Positions 12,961 to 25,200 of a stretch of 64,000 nt of DNA are shown here, piece after piece. This stretch comes from Amphiscolops sp. MND2022 (lineage: Eukaryota). The notes under the pieces were generated by a model that was given only the letters and a program-made list of their open reading frames with translations, was not told the DNA's origin and made no database searches. Within the stretch, counting starts at the first letter, position 1. The number at the start of each line of letters is the position of its first letter. The stretch covers positions 80,416,001 to 80,480,000 of the forward strand of contig OZ076409.1 in the NCBI GenBank assembly GCA_964187785.1. The letters run 5' to 3'. The translations under genes were made by a program, and so were the position numbers.

Positions 12961-13259
12961 TTCCCCTTAAGGCAAAAGCAAACAAGACGTCTTTTACTTT
13001 TTACTTGTATTTGCAAGAGAGTACATGTAATTGACTGTTTTCTGAATTTTCTAGTAGTTGAGAAAATACATTGCAGTTCATGATATCCAATTTCAAAATC
13101 AAAATATATTCATGCAAACCTCATACTGCGTGTTTAGTTGAAGTTTTCTTTGAAGATTAAAATGGTTTAACTATTGAAAACAATTTTGTAGGATAGAAAT
13201 GGTTTTAAAAGTAGGATAGGGCGGCCGATGATTACTTACCAAATAGCATAAGAGCAAAT

Positions 13260-13729
13260 AACAAGTCGGGAACGGCATAAGTCGGCGCTATTTCTAAGGC
13301 TCAAATATAGGAAAAGTACTTCAAAGTGTCAAGTATTGTTTTTACCCTACCCGAAAAACCCAAAAGTTGGACCGAATTGGCGCGCCGGGGGCCCCTGGTG
13401 TACTAAAAGAGGGGACCCTTTGGAATTTTTCAACATCCATTCTGTCGCGAAATATCAAAAAAAATTTGGACTCTTTGGAGAAAAAAATCGGAAAAAAAGT
13501 CTCACAATGCCGAAAAAACTGAAAGTTGGACTCTTTAGTGTCGCCCGGTGTTGTATGTTACGCTGAAAAAAGGAACCATTTTTATATTTCAGTTCCTTGC
13601 GCCAGATGGTCCAATTTGACACCTAAAAGTTTCGTAGAACTTTGTAGAACTATTTTGGTCAGTTCGTGTGGATTGGAAAAAAAGTCACTAGTATAGTAGC
13701 GTTTCACTTCATGAAGCGTCGACTAAAAA
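13260..13729 (-). mobile_element. Family A Helentron-like element
   Basis: AACAAGTCGGGAACGGC...AGTCGGCGC at left (3' end on minus); GCGTCGACTAAAAA at right. Confidence 0.85.
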
Positions 13730-13774
13730 TGAAGTTAGTTTTATTTATCATAAATTTATTTTCAGAGGAAAATT

Positions 13775-14168
13775 GGTAGTTTGACTCGGTCTACTTCTTT
13801 CCGGGGCGCTTTTTTTTCGCCCCTACAGTTCGGCCTTCATCAGAGCCAGCCGTTGCACCATGCAGTGGCACGTCGCTTCGCTCCTGCATGTACGGCACAA
13901 GGGGCGTTGCTATTTTCCGACCGTGACCAAAATTACGTAATAGTAACTTGATCAAACATGCGCAAATTTATGGTTAGTGAAATTAATTTCGTTTTTGTTA
14001 TTTGCTGACGAGTGGTGGGAATAACGCCTAAAGAATAACATCTAAGGAATAACGTCTACAGCCAAATCATGCTCGGTCATGTTCATTCGCAACCTTAATA
14101 CATTGAATTTTAGACGTTATTCCCAAAACACTTTTAGACGATATTCCTTAGACGTTATTCGCGCCTCT
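13775..14168. mobile_element. Two small MITEs (~13775-13937 and 14011-14168)
   Basis: Second has three GAATAAC(G/A)(C/T)CTA copies facing three TAGACG(T/A)TATTC copies. First has loose TIRs and the shared GCACGTCGCT core. Confidence 0.55.
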
Positions 14169-15059
14169 GTTATTTACTAATTCGAAATTGGGAATCCACC
14201 GTCGAAAAGTACTCGAGTTTTTTTCGAATTACTTACCAATGGAGGACTGAAATAATAACAGAATCTTGGGTCTGATGATTGCAATGTCGAAAGAAATTCA
14301 GTAAAATTAGATTGCGATTGAGAATTTGAAATTTCAATTTCGTAATTAATTTATTTTACAAAGGCTTAATTCGGTGTGAAATTGAATTTTTGATAATTTT
14401 GCTTCGTCCAATCTGTAGGTGTCAGTTAAATTTGATTGGCTGACATTAGCCATGACGTAATTCAGTTATTCTGCAGATTGCATGAGCTGTCGGCTTCTGT
14501 TCACACATCAAAGGTGCTATTTACGAAAACTCATCGAGACGAGACTGGTCTAGCCGATAAGCAAACACGAGTGAACGTGCGCAACACGTTTTTCCATTCT
14601 CAAAGGAACGGGAGAACAACTCAACTGAGAAAGAAACAACCCGAGGACATTTATTTAAAAGCTGCTGCGGCACGGAATAAAATGTCCAACAAGTTAATGG
14701 ACACGGAATTATGTTGAAGTGAAAAGTTTCCCACTCGAAATGTTTTAATTCAAAGATGAAAGAAAATAATAAATTACCAAAGAAAAGGATAAAGTCCTAG
14801 AAAGCCCTAAAATTGATAATAAATAATTGTAACAAAAATTGCTGCCTGCTGTGTCTTTTTTTAAATTCAGGAAGATTAGTGCATCTTTAAAAATGAAAAA
14901 TAATAAATGCCAAAAAGATGAAAATTTTTCAGATCAGCAATGCATTATGAATGAAAATTCCAAATTGCTGATAAATTTTAGTTTAATATGGGAAAATTTT
15001 TGAAGTCTCATCAAAATTGGTCTCATCAAAGTCTCATCGAAGTTTCTAAGAAAATTCTT

Positions 15060-15523
15060 GGACCATGTCATCTATTCGAACCCATGCCCCCCCCCCCCCC
15101 CAGGTACACCTTGTTGGGAATCCCCCCCCCCCAACACGAAAGCACATTTTGTTCTTGAATAAAAATATTTCACTAATAAGAGAACATTATATGAACGTAA
15201 ATACTTAGAGGATTGTCTCGAGGATCTGCAAATACCCTAATTTACTGATATTATTGTCCAAAATAGCAGAAATTCACGTTTGGAACAAGTTAAAATCGTA
15301 TAAGAAGGCCCCTATTTCTGCGCAAATTTTGCCCACTATAAAATCTAATGAGCAACTTTTAACTGACAGTCAATGTAATGGTAGGATTATGTCGACATCA
15401 ACTATTTTATTGGACCAAAATTCCAACGCGCAAACGATGTCGACATAATGGTATTTGAACCTTCTCTCTTATTTCCCCCATGCCGCAGTTTTACTTCCCT
15501 GGGGGAAATAGATGACATGGTCC
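15060..15523. mobile_element. Merlin-like MITE
   Basis: 17-bp TIR GGACCATGTCATCTATT / AATAGATGACATGGTCC; perfect 8-bp TSD AAATTCTT (15052-59, 15524-31). Confidence 0.85.
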
Positions 15524-17799
15524 AAATTCTTCAGCTTTCATGAGAACTTTTTTTGGAAGCACGAGAATTTTTTCGTATCCATTGACAAAGATTCATATTT
15601 TGTTTCCACTCTCAAGAATATCAATTTTGTATACTCTTTGTGAGATATTGATGGCACTTCAGGAAGAACTCACGCCACTTCACTTTCATCTGACGTGCTT
15701 TCCATTGAAGTTTGAGTAGGATCTCCAAAATCACTCTGTTGACGAAAATGATACATTTAAATCTGCGCTATTTGCACATCGGATGCTTGCCTGGCGAGGT
15801 TACAGGCTATTTTAACGGTTCGAATCGACGTTTCACAATGAAATCACTTTCAAGTCTGAAGTTTTATAGTAATTTTCAAAACTACGATGAAGTTCAAAGA
15901 GGTGACACTAATTTTAGATGAGTACCGTATTGATTAAGTGTTTATTAAGTGTTTAAACACTCGAAAAAGCTTTATCAAATTGAAATTTCCATGAACCAAG
16001 AATACTGAAACGTTTGAGTACCTCATTTTAAAGATTTTCTCGACTGATTACAAAATCTTCGGAGATAGCAAAATCTTCGGCGATTGCAAAATCTATCTCG
16101 GCGTGAATTCAAGATCATGATTTTTTCTTCAAGATTGTCTCCAACAATCATTGATTGGTAAAAAAATAATTATCGGACATTAATGCACTGTCTGCAACAT
16201 GCAAATTATTGGTAGTCACGGATGTATTTGTGACAATAGCCACCAGCGGGGGTAGTTATTCAAAGAACCCCGGGAACCTTAGGCGACAGCCTGACCCACG
16301 TGTCTGTAGCCGCGCCGGTGGATCTTCACTCTTAGCTATTTACATTTCTCACGACACTTCATAGGCAGCAAATTCTTTGATGTTTTGGAGTTAGTTTCCA
16401 GTTTTGAGAAGTGAATCTAAGTTGCAGTCAGCAATGTACTTGTGGCGTCTCTACCTGCAAATACTCCCCAAAGACTCAGTCGGGGTCTTGATTGAGAAAA
16501 TGTTAACTTCAAAGAGCTTTAACAAGTTATAACCAGCCGACAATTACCATGTTGTGAATTAAGTCTCCAATTAAATATGCAATCAACTTGATTAGTACCA
16601 TTCACTCCCTTTCATCTCCCCAGCTGAGTCAATTAAAAACCAACAAGACTCCTAGTTTAATTAGAAATTAAGTCAAATGCACCAAAATCTACAAAAACTT
16701 TTGGAAACGCCGCTGCAGCAATGTTTCATGCTTTGTGTGCATTTCGTATGCTGCCAATTTTTTTGGAAAAACGAGTCTTCAAATAGGGAATCCTTCAAAG
16801 CAGTGTCCATAAATTTATTTCTGAAGCCACATTGGGCTAAACTATGTAACTACATTTCAAATGTGCTACACTTTTAACATTTATTAGGTGGTAATAATTT
16901 TCGAACTGACGGGAAAATATTCAATTTGGCGAGCTCGACAACGAAGCATCAAACGAGACGCATTATTATGATTTTTTGAAAACAAAAACAAGACAGGTGT
17001 TGACCAAAAAACCGTAACACTGTTATTTCACGATGTAATTTCAGTAGATTTTTTGTCAGTAACTTTTTCAATTAGGCAGTCCGATCTGACCATGATGATA
17101 GGAACAAAAATACACAAGATTTTTTACCCGCTTTGGCAAATTATCACTTCAGATTTGAAGGCTGTTTTTAATCCATGGAAATGAAATTGACGAAAAATTT
17201 TGGTCGAAAAAGGTCTATCAATTTATGCACTTTGTGTTCAGCTGAACGAAACAAACACCGAAGCAATCAGCTTAGTGTTCCGCAATTACTAGTTCATTGC
17301 CCATGAATCATGGGATAGAACACAAGCTAAATTTGCGTGAATCAATGCCACTTCAATTCAGAGTTGTTATGAAATTGTATTAAAAAGCAAAAAATGTATT
17401 AAACTGAATAATTCGAATTGAACATGAATTATATGGTTGAAAACTGAGAACAAAAGCCACGACAAGCAATCCAGTTTTACCACCGACACTGTTTTCCATA
17501 AAAAGTACACGTTCTGTTGACACTTCATTTTCTTCGTCAGTAAACGAAAAACTGCCCAAAGTTTCCTTCTCCCTAAAAACAATTCAGAGGGAATGAAAAG
17601 AAACGAGAATCTATCTTCATCTCTCTGAGAACTGAGCAAGCAACGACAGGCAGAGGTTCGCAATATTGCATTTATACTTATTGATACGATACAATAAATC
17701 ATTTTATTGCAAAACCTAACCAATAAATAATTGAAGGACTTGTTTCAAACAATAAATTATTGTATTTTTACAATAATACAAAATATTGCATCATCATAA

Positions 17800-18562
17800 A
17801 TGACTACACATGGATGCATCCCAATATGTTTTATTAGTCTTCAAAAACAGAACACATTCGAGATGATAGGGCGACATTGATTTTCGCTGTGGCAGTAAAT
17901 ATACTTGGCCGAACTATTTAATCTTTCGACAATATTGGAGGTGGGAGATATCCATTCCAAGCTGGTCTTTTCCATGGTCACTGCGTCAGATAGTTGTAGT
18001 AAGGTACTGGCAAATTCGGATCTTGAGCTAACTTCGGTCACTTCCATCTCGATAGGATGTGCAAATAAGCTTGTTTGTTTCTTTCGTCGTCAGACATAGA
18101 CATTGATTGATTGTTCATATTTTGACTACTCCGGTTTCGAAACTGGGTGAATGAACAATTTCCGCATTTGGTGCTAAGTGGCTTGACATTGTAGGGTACA
18201 TGTTCAAAAAACCGTCGAACAATAGGTGTTTCAGAAGAATAGAAAGAAAATGGTTCATCTCCAAAAACAACAATTTCGGGCCCGTTGTACAAATTGACCC
18301 CCTTTCGTGAAGCGCAGAAATTGGTTAGCTGCACTGTGTCAATCTCGTTTTCCCAATTGGGATCCTGAAGTTGAATATGTCCCATTAAAATTGTAAATCC
18401 AGCGTTTCCAGAATGTTTCCTTTATGTTCCATATCGGCATTCAAATTTAGCATCTCCAATGTTTGTAAAATGCAAGTTTGCAAGTTCTTTCTTCTCCGAA
18501 ATTCGTGCTGGCATTGTAAACGTCAAGTTGCAGTGATTTCGAGTATGTTTCCAGCGACTTAC
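17800..18562 (-). pseudogene. Decayed coding sequence of unknown family
   Basis: ORFs 18038-18385 and 17841-18047 overlap in different frames. The first frame extends upstream through one stop (LHFTNIGDAKFECRYGT*RKHSGNAGF). Confidence 0.3.
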
Positions 18563-18564
18563 TA

Positions 18565-18795
18565 CAGTTGACTCGCGGTATCAAGTAAATTATTGTATTA
18601 AAATTTCCGTCAAATTCTGATAACCAAAAATTGAAACGACATATTGCGCGTGAGGTCCTAGTGATTAGACTTTAGACACCTTTGGTTTTTTACCATGAAG
18701 ACAGACTTCGGGACAAATTTTTCTGTTAAAATATAGTGTTATAACGTAGTTAATTTCACTCTCCCGCGGAGGTACTTAATACCGAGGTTCAACTG
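18565..18795. mobile_element. Tc1/pogo-like MITE
   Basis: TA|CAGTTGACTCGCGGTATCAAGTA ... TACTTAATACCGAGGTTCAACTG|TA. Confidence 0.7.
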
Positions 18796-19180
18796 TACAG
18801 TGATTTGAAGTATGTATTCAGTGATTTATTCACGCTGTTGCTTCAAGGAAATCAAAATCGGAAACAGCCAATGACATTACAGACGCTTAAATTGATGATA
18901 AATATTACCTAACAAATATATGTAAAACGAGCGTTGCATTCAATGTCCCACTTATTTCTTCATCTATTACATGATGCAATAAATTATTTCATTCATTATT
19001 TTCGCACAATAAATATTGATGGTGAAAAGCCTTCCAAAAAATATTTTTTGCAATAATTTACTGATCTTCCAATAGAGTATTGCATGCGCACCCCTGACGA
19101 CAGGTGAAGTGTTTAGTCAGACCAACCATCGTTACTAGGCGTTATTGGTGATCCCTTCAAGAAACTTTTGGCAGTAGTTT

Positions 19181-20165
19181 CCCGGGTTGACTCTCCATGG
19201 ATGTCTTAGTAAGCTCTTGGCAAGATCTTGCCAAGATCTTGGAAAATCTTAGCTAAGATCTTGCTAAGACATTGCAAAAAATGCAAGATGTCATAGTAAA
19301 ATCTTATCAAAAGAGCCATGTTCTCGAGAAAAATTTTATAGTAAAATCCTATTTGGGCAGGAAAGACCTGAAAGGAAGTCAACAAAAATATACATCTATG
19401 CAGATTCACATCCTTAGACATGACAATTTTCTGTTAGCAAGGTATAAAACTTGATTGAAGAGTGCTTTTGCTGTATATTCAGGGAGGCACTGATTAAATT
19501 GTTCTATCAATATCAAAATCGTCGTCAGAAAAGCCTCGAGCTGAATCATTACCTAAAACCGGGCAATGACAGCCGTTTCCAGCAGTGATAGGACTGCTGA
19601 AACAGGCTCAAAGAAAACTGGAGATATGAATTTTAAAAAATTTCCCAATTTCTAATAATTCCCTGTGTTCCGATAGTGGCTCTGGACGTTCAAAAACTTT
19701 TTTCTCCGTGTCTGGAATCGACAAAAGTGATACGTTACAAGTTTTCAAAAGTCCCTGAAATGAGCTTCCATTTAGTACATTCGCATTGTTCAGTCCTAAG
19801 CAGGTGAGGAGTTATTAGGATTCTCGTCAGAATTTCGGAAGCCAGAATACGCTATCGTAATTTTTCGCATGCAAATTTATTTCAGCGGGTTGAAGCATTT
19901 TGATTATGAAAACGAGTAGAAATAGTCGTTGTTGGGTGGAATTAGCTTTTAGATGGAGTCTCGGCGGCTTGTACCGAAGAAATAGTGTTTTTTATCAGCC
20001 TAGGGTTTTGTCCATCGTGATAAGATACGATCTTGGAATCATGTATTATCTCAGTAAGATCCTAATAAGAATCTTGCCATGGGTTCCATGGTTGCCAAGA
20101 TGTAGTAAGAATTTGGCAAGATCTTGCCAAGAAAGTCAAGATGCTAGTAAGAGGGTCAACACGGG
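19181..20165. mobile_element. EnSpm/CACTA-like non-autonomous element
   Basis: CCCGGGTTGAC / GTCAACACGGG TIR, 2-bp TT flanks, subterminal CAAGATCTTG palindromic repeats at both ends. Confidence 0.7.
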
Positions 20166-21296
20166 TTGTTATTGGGAGTAAATCGAGAAGATCACCACCT
20201 GCTTTTTGCCTCGTTTGTCTGACATACCCAGGCCTCAAAGAATGCAACATTTTTCAAACGTTATTTTCTACGACATTCAAAGCCAGGCATTGTCATAATT
20301 TAGCTTGGCAACAGCCCAGTCAATGCCCTCAGCTTCTTTTTGGGACGTTTTAAATACGAACTTGTCAATTATTTGTTGTTTATACGATATAGTTTTGTCA
20401 GTCGTTGATGTTTCAAGGCTTACTGGATGCTGCTCGTGACGGTGTTTTTTTCAATCTTTCTACATTTCCAGCTAATTCAAATCCACAATTTATGAGATCT
20501 CTTCTGCGTCCACCCGCGTGTTTATGTGATATCGATCGTTTAATAAGGAAAATGTGATTCAAAACATTGAAAAGCAAGCAATTGAAAACGAAGGAATTGA
20601 AATTGTGAACGAAGCAATGACAACTGTGAACTGAAGAGGTGACTGTCAACAGAAGGTGTTTCACCACATAATATACAGTAATATGAGTCGAGTATTCGTT
20701 CGCTCATTCTTGAATTCGCATTCACAGTCAATGATCAGTCCTGTCAAGGCTTCACAAAAATCTGATCGAAATAGGTGAAAAATTTTTGGATCGAGAGGTG
20801 CGCGAACCAAAGTCAGAAAGTACAAACCAGATACGCTACAAGGTTGGCTACCACGCTAGTTGTAGAAGTATTTTGTCTCATTATGTAATAAACGGAATGA
20901 TTACATTGTTTAATTCATTGTTTATTTCAAGTTTTAAATTAGTTTTAAATTAGCTTCATTACACCGTAACAACCCTGCATTAACAAAAGAGAAATTGTGA
21001 AAAATTGAAGGAAGGTGGTTTCCTACCGTTATCGTTTAAACGACTCCAAAGAAGAAGCGCAGTGGCGTCAGGCAATTCCATGGCAAACTTTCGAGAAAAA
21101 ACACTACACAAGTTTACAAAATATTGGTAGCCTAAAACGGCACAGGTGTAACTATACTTGCTGCCCTCTTTGAAATTTTTGGACTCAAATATCCAAAAAT
21201 TCTAGTTAAACCACTATAACATTACTTTTTGGGTTTTTTACCACGGCAAAAAAAGTGACTAGATTTCACTGGAATCAAAAGTTTACTTGCAATTAG

Positions 21297-21958
21297 AACA
21301 AGCCGGGACCGGCTCAAGTCGGCGCCCATTCAAGCTTCTTGAAAATGCAAAGGACACAATATTCAAACTTTTATCTATTTCTCAGTGCCGAAAATTTTCC
21401 TAAGGGATACACATGACTCGGAAACCACTTTTTCAAGCCGAAATCAGCTATGAAAGCGAAAAGGATACCCTTTGACTAATGAAAGTTTCGGGGAAAAAAC
21501 GACACACAGAGACAAAAAAGATTGAAAAAAAGTATTTTCCACCATCATTGAAAATACTCACCAATTCCACAGTACAAAAAGTAACAAAGAGGTCACGCTC
21601 AAGACTCGGGAGACACACAAAGTGTCAAGTATTCTCTTCTACAGTACCCGCATGAGAAAAAAATTGAAAAACAAAATCGAATTATTTTTCAAATTTTTTT
21701 TGGTCCCCGGTAAGTCGCATAGTGCCAAAAAATGTAAAAGAGGACCTAAAAAAGCCTAATTAACCTCTATCTCAAGTGCCAGTAGAAGTAGTGTGGCATT
21801 TAGTGTTAGTTCGAGTCAGCTTATAAAGCTTATAAAATCTGTCACTTCGTTGGTCTTAAAAAAGTCACTACTATAGTCTGTCTTTTTCTACGAAAAGCGC
21901 CGACTAAAAAAGTCACTACTATAGTCTGCGTTTTTCTACGAAAAGCGCCGACCAAAAA
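21297..21958 (-). mobile_element. Family A Helentron-like element with duplicated 5' end
   Basis: AACAAGCCGGGACCGGCT...AGTCGGCGC at left; two consecutive 5' modules at ~21862-21910 and ~21908-21958. Confidence 0.8.
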
Positions 21959-22639
21959 TCAAGTTTTCAAAATTTTTGTCGCAAGTGCCAAGAAAACTAA
22001 GTGTGGCCATCAATGCTCGCAACACGATGCTGTTTCTGCTGAAAATCGAAGGAGTTTGGGAAACAATCTGAAAAAAGTCGCATAGTGCCGAAAGATTTCT
22101 AAAGAAGGACCCTTTGGCCACCCCCTAAATTTGAAACATAAAAAGTTTTTGCTCCAGTGCGAGACTCGAATCCACGTACCCATGCTTCTTAGAGCGCGGG
22201 AAATCCACGTTAACCTTACACCCAGTAACTGACTGACTTTGCAATTTTGAAGAATTTTTGGTGGAATTATTTTGGACAGTTCAGGTGCATCAAAAAAACT
22301 AACAAAAAGCCATGGTCTCCAAAGTAAAGCGCAGACTAAAAAGATGCTGAACGATTTCATATGCGGGAATCTCTTCGGTCCTTCTGATGCTTTCCTATGG
22401 TTCTCTAAATATCCAGCATTGCGAAATACTAAAATTGAGAATTGTTTTTTTAAAGAAAAGTCCAGTGAAACAAACATCTATTTTTTGATAGAAAAAATAT
22501 AACTTTGACGTTATCAGCGAACGCAGAAAATCCGTACGCAACCCTATGAAACATAATGTCCATATGATTTTGTAACCGGTATTGTTAAAAGTATCAAAGT
22601 CTCCCATTTCGACTGAGCACTTTATTGTGTTCTTTGTAT

Positions 22640-23744
22640 TTTTATTCTGTGCTTTCGCAATGAAAGAGCACGACTATTACAGCCACTCATTTGTTTTCGC
22701 TGAGACAGCCGCAAATGCGACGAAAATTTTGTTCAGCTTGTTCAACCAAACGAATACCAGGGAAACGCATCGTAAGGTTTCGCTTTGTCATTTTCACACC
22801 TAACATACGAAGCCAGATGGCACTAAGGGGTCATCTTTTTAAATTTGTTCGGCTTTATGAGACTTTTTTTCTTTAATTTATAAATGTCTCCCTTAACTAT
22901 AAAAATAGAATGTGACTACTAAAGTGGCTTTCCGTTGTGTTTTTTATTTTATTCGGCGCATTTTATCAGAAAATGCACCCGTCTACTACAGAGAAAAGTG
23001 CTTTTTGTCAGACGACAATCTCACACAGTATGGTCCACATATTTCAATTTCCGCAACACTCGTGCTGCCGCCCAGCGCGGTATATCTGAAATTTTGACGT
23101 TATATCCGAAGTAAATTGCGCTTTACTAAGGAGGAAGTGGAAGTTCGAATTTATTGCGCTATTTCCCAATTTTGACGTTTTTTAGAAGGTAAACTGCGGT
23201 CTAGTAAGAAGAAGGCGGAAGTTCGAATATTCAAAACGCCCTGAGCATATTTCAAAGTACTTGCGCTTTTTGAGCCCTCAACAGGGCGCCGACTTCAGAT
23301 GTCCACGTTTTGTTCAAATTAGGACCGTGTTATTTTACGTAACAGACATTCTCTTTGCTAGAGAAGTCATTATATTTCAACTTTTTAGTCGACGCTTTTC
23401 GTAGAAAACGCAGACTATAGTAGTGACTTTCTTCTTTTTCGGCAAGACCAACGAAGTGACAGATTTTATAAGTTTTATAAGCTGACTTGAACTAACACTA
23501 AATGCCACACTACTTCTACTGGCACTTGAGATAGAGGTTAATTAGGCTTTTTTAGGTCCCCTTTTACATTTTTCGGCACTTTGCGACTTCCCGAGGACCA
23601 AAAAACTTTGAAAAAAAATTGTTTTTTTTTTTAAAATTTTTTCCTCATGCGGGTATTGTAGAAGAGAATACTTGACACTTTGAAGTCCTTTTGCTATTTT
23701 TGAGCCTTAGATATGGCGCCGACTTGGGCCGTTCCCGGCTTGTT
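22640..23744 (+). mobile_element. Older (to ~23314) and younger (23382-23744) family A elements
   Basis: Degenerate 5' ends at ~22642 and ~22948, 3' end at ~23314. Intact copy TTAGTCGACGC...GCGCCGACTTGGGCCGTTCCCGGCTTGTT. Confidence 0.8.
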
Positions 23745-24459
23745 AAAGATTAGCGCCGGTAAACGTCGAACACAAACTGTACAGCCTGAAAGCGCGTTTC
23801 ACAGGAATCAACACACAAAAAGCGTCAGATCGTATAACCTTAAATGTTAGAAAAATCAATATAGGATTTGAGAAAATCAAGAGGCTGGGGGACATTTTAT
23901 TGAAAAGAATTTCGAAAATATCGTGAAAAGCCAAAAACTCAAAGCGTGATCAATTCATGTTGTTTCCTAAATGTAAACGCCAAACAAGAGATATTTTTCT
24001 TATACAGTTACCACAAAATATTTCTCCATTGGGACACTTCAAAGTAAAGAAAGACTTTTTTTACAAGAAAACCCGATTTTGTGACTTTTCCTAAAAATTT
24101 TGGTTCGAAAAAGTGGCACAGTTCCGGAACTGTTCCAAATTGTGTCCTTTTAGTCTCAAAGACGAATTATATTAACTGATAACATCGAAAACCTGAAACA
24201 GCGATGTTCTTCTGAGGAGAAAAAAGTTTCGTAAAAGTTTCGTGAATCCTGAGATAGACCAAAGTGTCTGTAAGCAAAGGTAAGCTTACATCAGAGACCA
24301 AAGTGTCCCGTTTTTGGAGATTTTCCCACACAGAGAAGCTCTCCCATTACGAAAAAAACTAGCATTAAACTCCAGGCCAACAGAATGGTATAGGGAGGAT
24401 GTTGAACCTCCGTTCCAAGTTGTAGAAGTTATGGCTGAAACTGGTGGAGGAAAAGAATT

Positions 24460-25200
24460 AGCAAGACGGCAACGTCTCAAGTTGGCACCCCGCTTAAGAC
24501 TAAAATAGTGCAATCTTTCAAAAACATTCTCAGTAAAATTTCTCAAAATAGAGTACCAAAAAAAACAAAGGAAAGTTGTCGTGAACAAATTGCTTTCCTA
24601 TAAATGAGAGCATCAAAAAACTGAATTGATGAACTTTATTCGAAAAAATCTCACAGTTCCAAAAAATTCAAAGTAGAAGTTTTTCTAGAAAAAAACTTGC
24701 ACAGCGCAATGCGCAAAAAATGCTGAGGGGAGTCCCCTTGATCTCAAAAAATGCGAGCATATGTTAAATAGTAAGATCGTTTACTAAGAAATCGAAGGTG
24801 AGACCCATTTTGTTGGTTTCGATTTCAAGTAGCCTCAGTTACGAAGTAATCAAAGGGGAGACTCCAGGATGAACATCAAAGGCCAGCTCTGTTTAAAAGT
24901 TTTTAAAAATCGAAAAAAATCGCAGTGTCAGAATTTACCAAGGGCGAGCCGTTTGACTTCTTTCAGTTTATTTTTTCTCAGTTTGAAGTTTAATCGAAGT
25001 TGTGTTAAAATCAAAGGAAACACTTTCGGCACCATGAACCAACTTGAGATCCGAATATGTTCAAAAAGTTTTGGTCGCGTCTACCTCTGAATACCGAATA
25101 AAAACTTTTGTTCAGCGCGGGTCTCGAATTCATCTGCATGCGATTCCTAGCTGCAGTAATCACGGACAAACACGCGCGCAAGCCACGATTCCAAATGAAA
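24460..25200 (-). mobile_element. Diverged family A element (3' end clear, 5' limit approximate)
   Basis: CAAGACGGCAACGTCT hairpin at ~24463 followed by degenerate family internal repeats. Confidence 0.5.

Noticed and set aside
13800..13850. Minus-strand CTGATGAAGGCCGAA, Penelope-type hammerhead look-alike
   Set aside because: Stem II partner is missing, and the related element at ~10535 lacks CTGATGA.
14265..14310. CTGATGA...GAAA, possible hammerhead ribozyme
   Set aside because: No convincing stem I, II or III pairing around the core.
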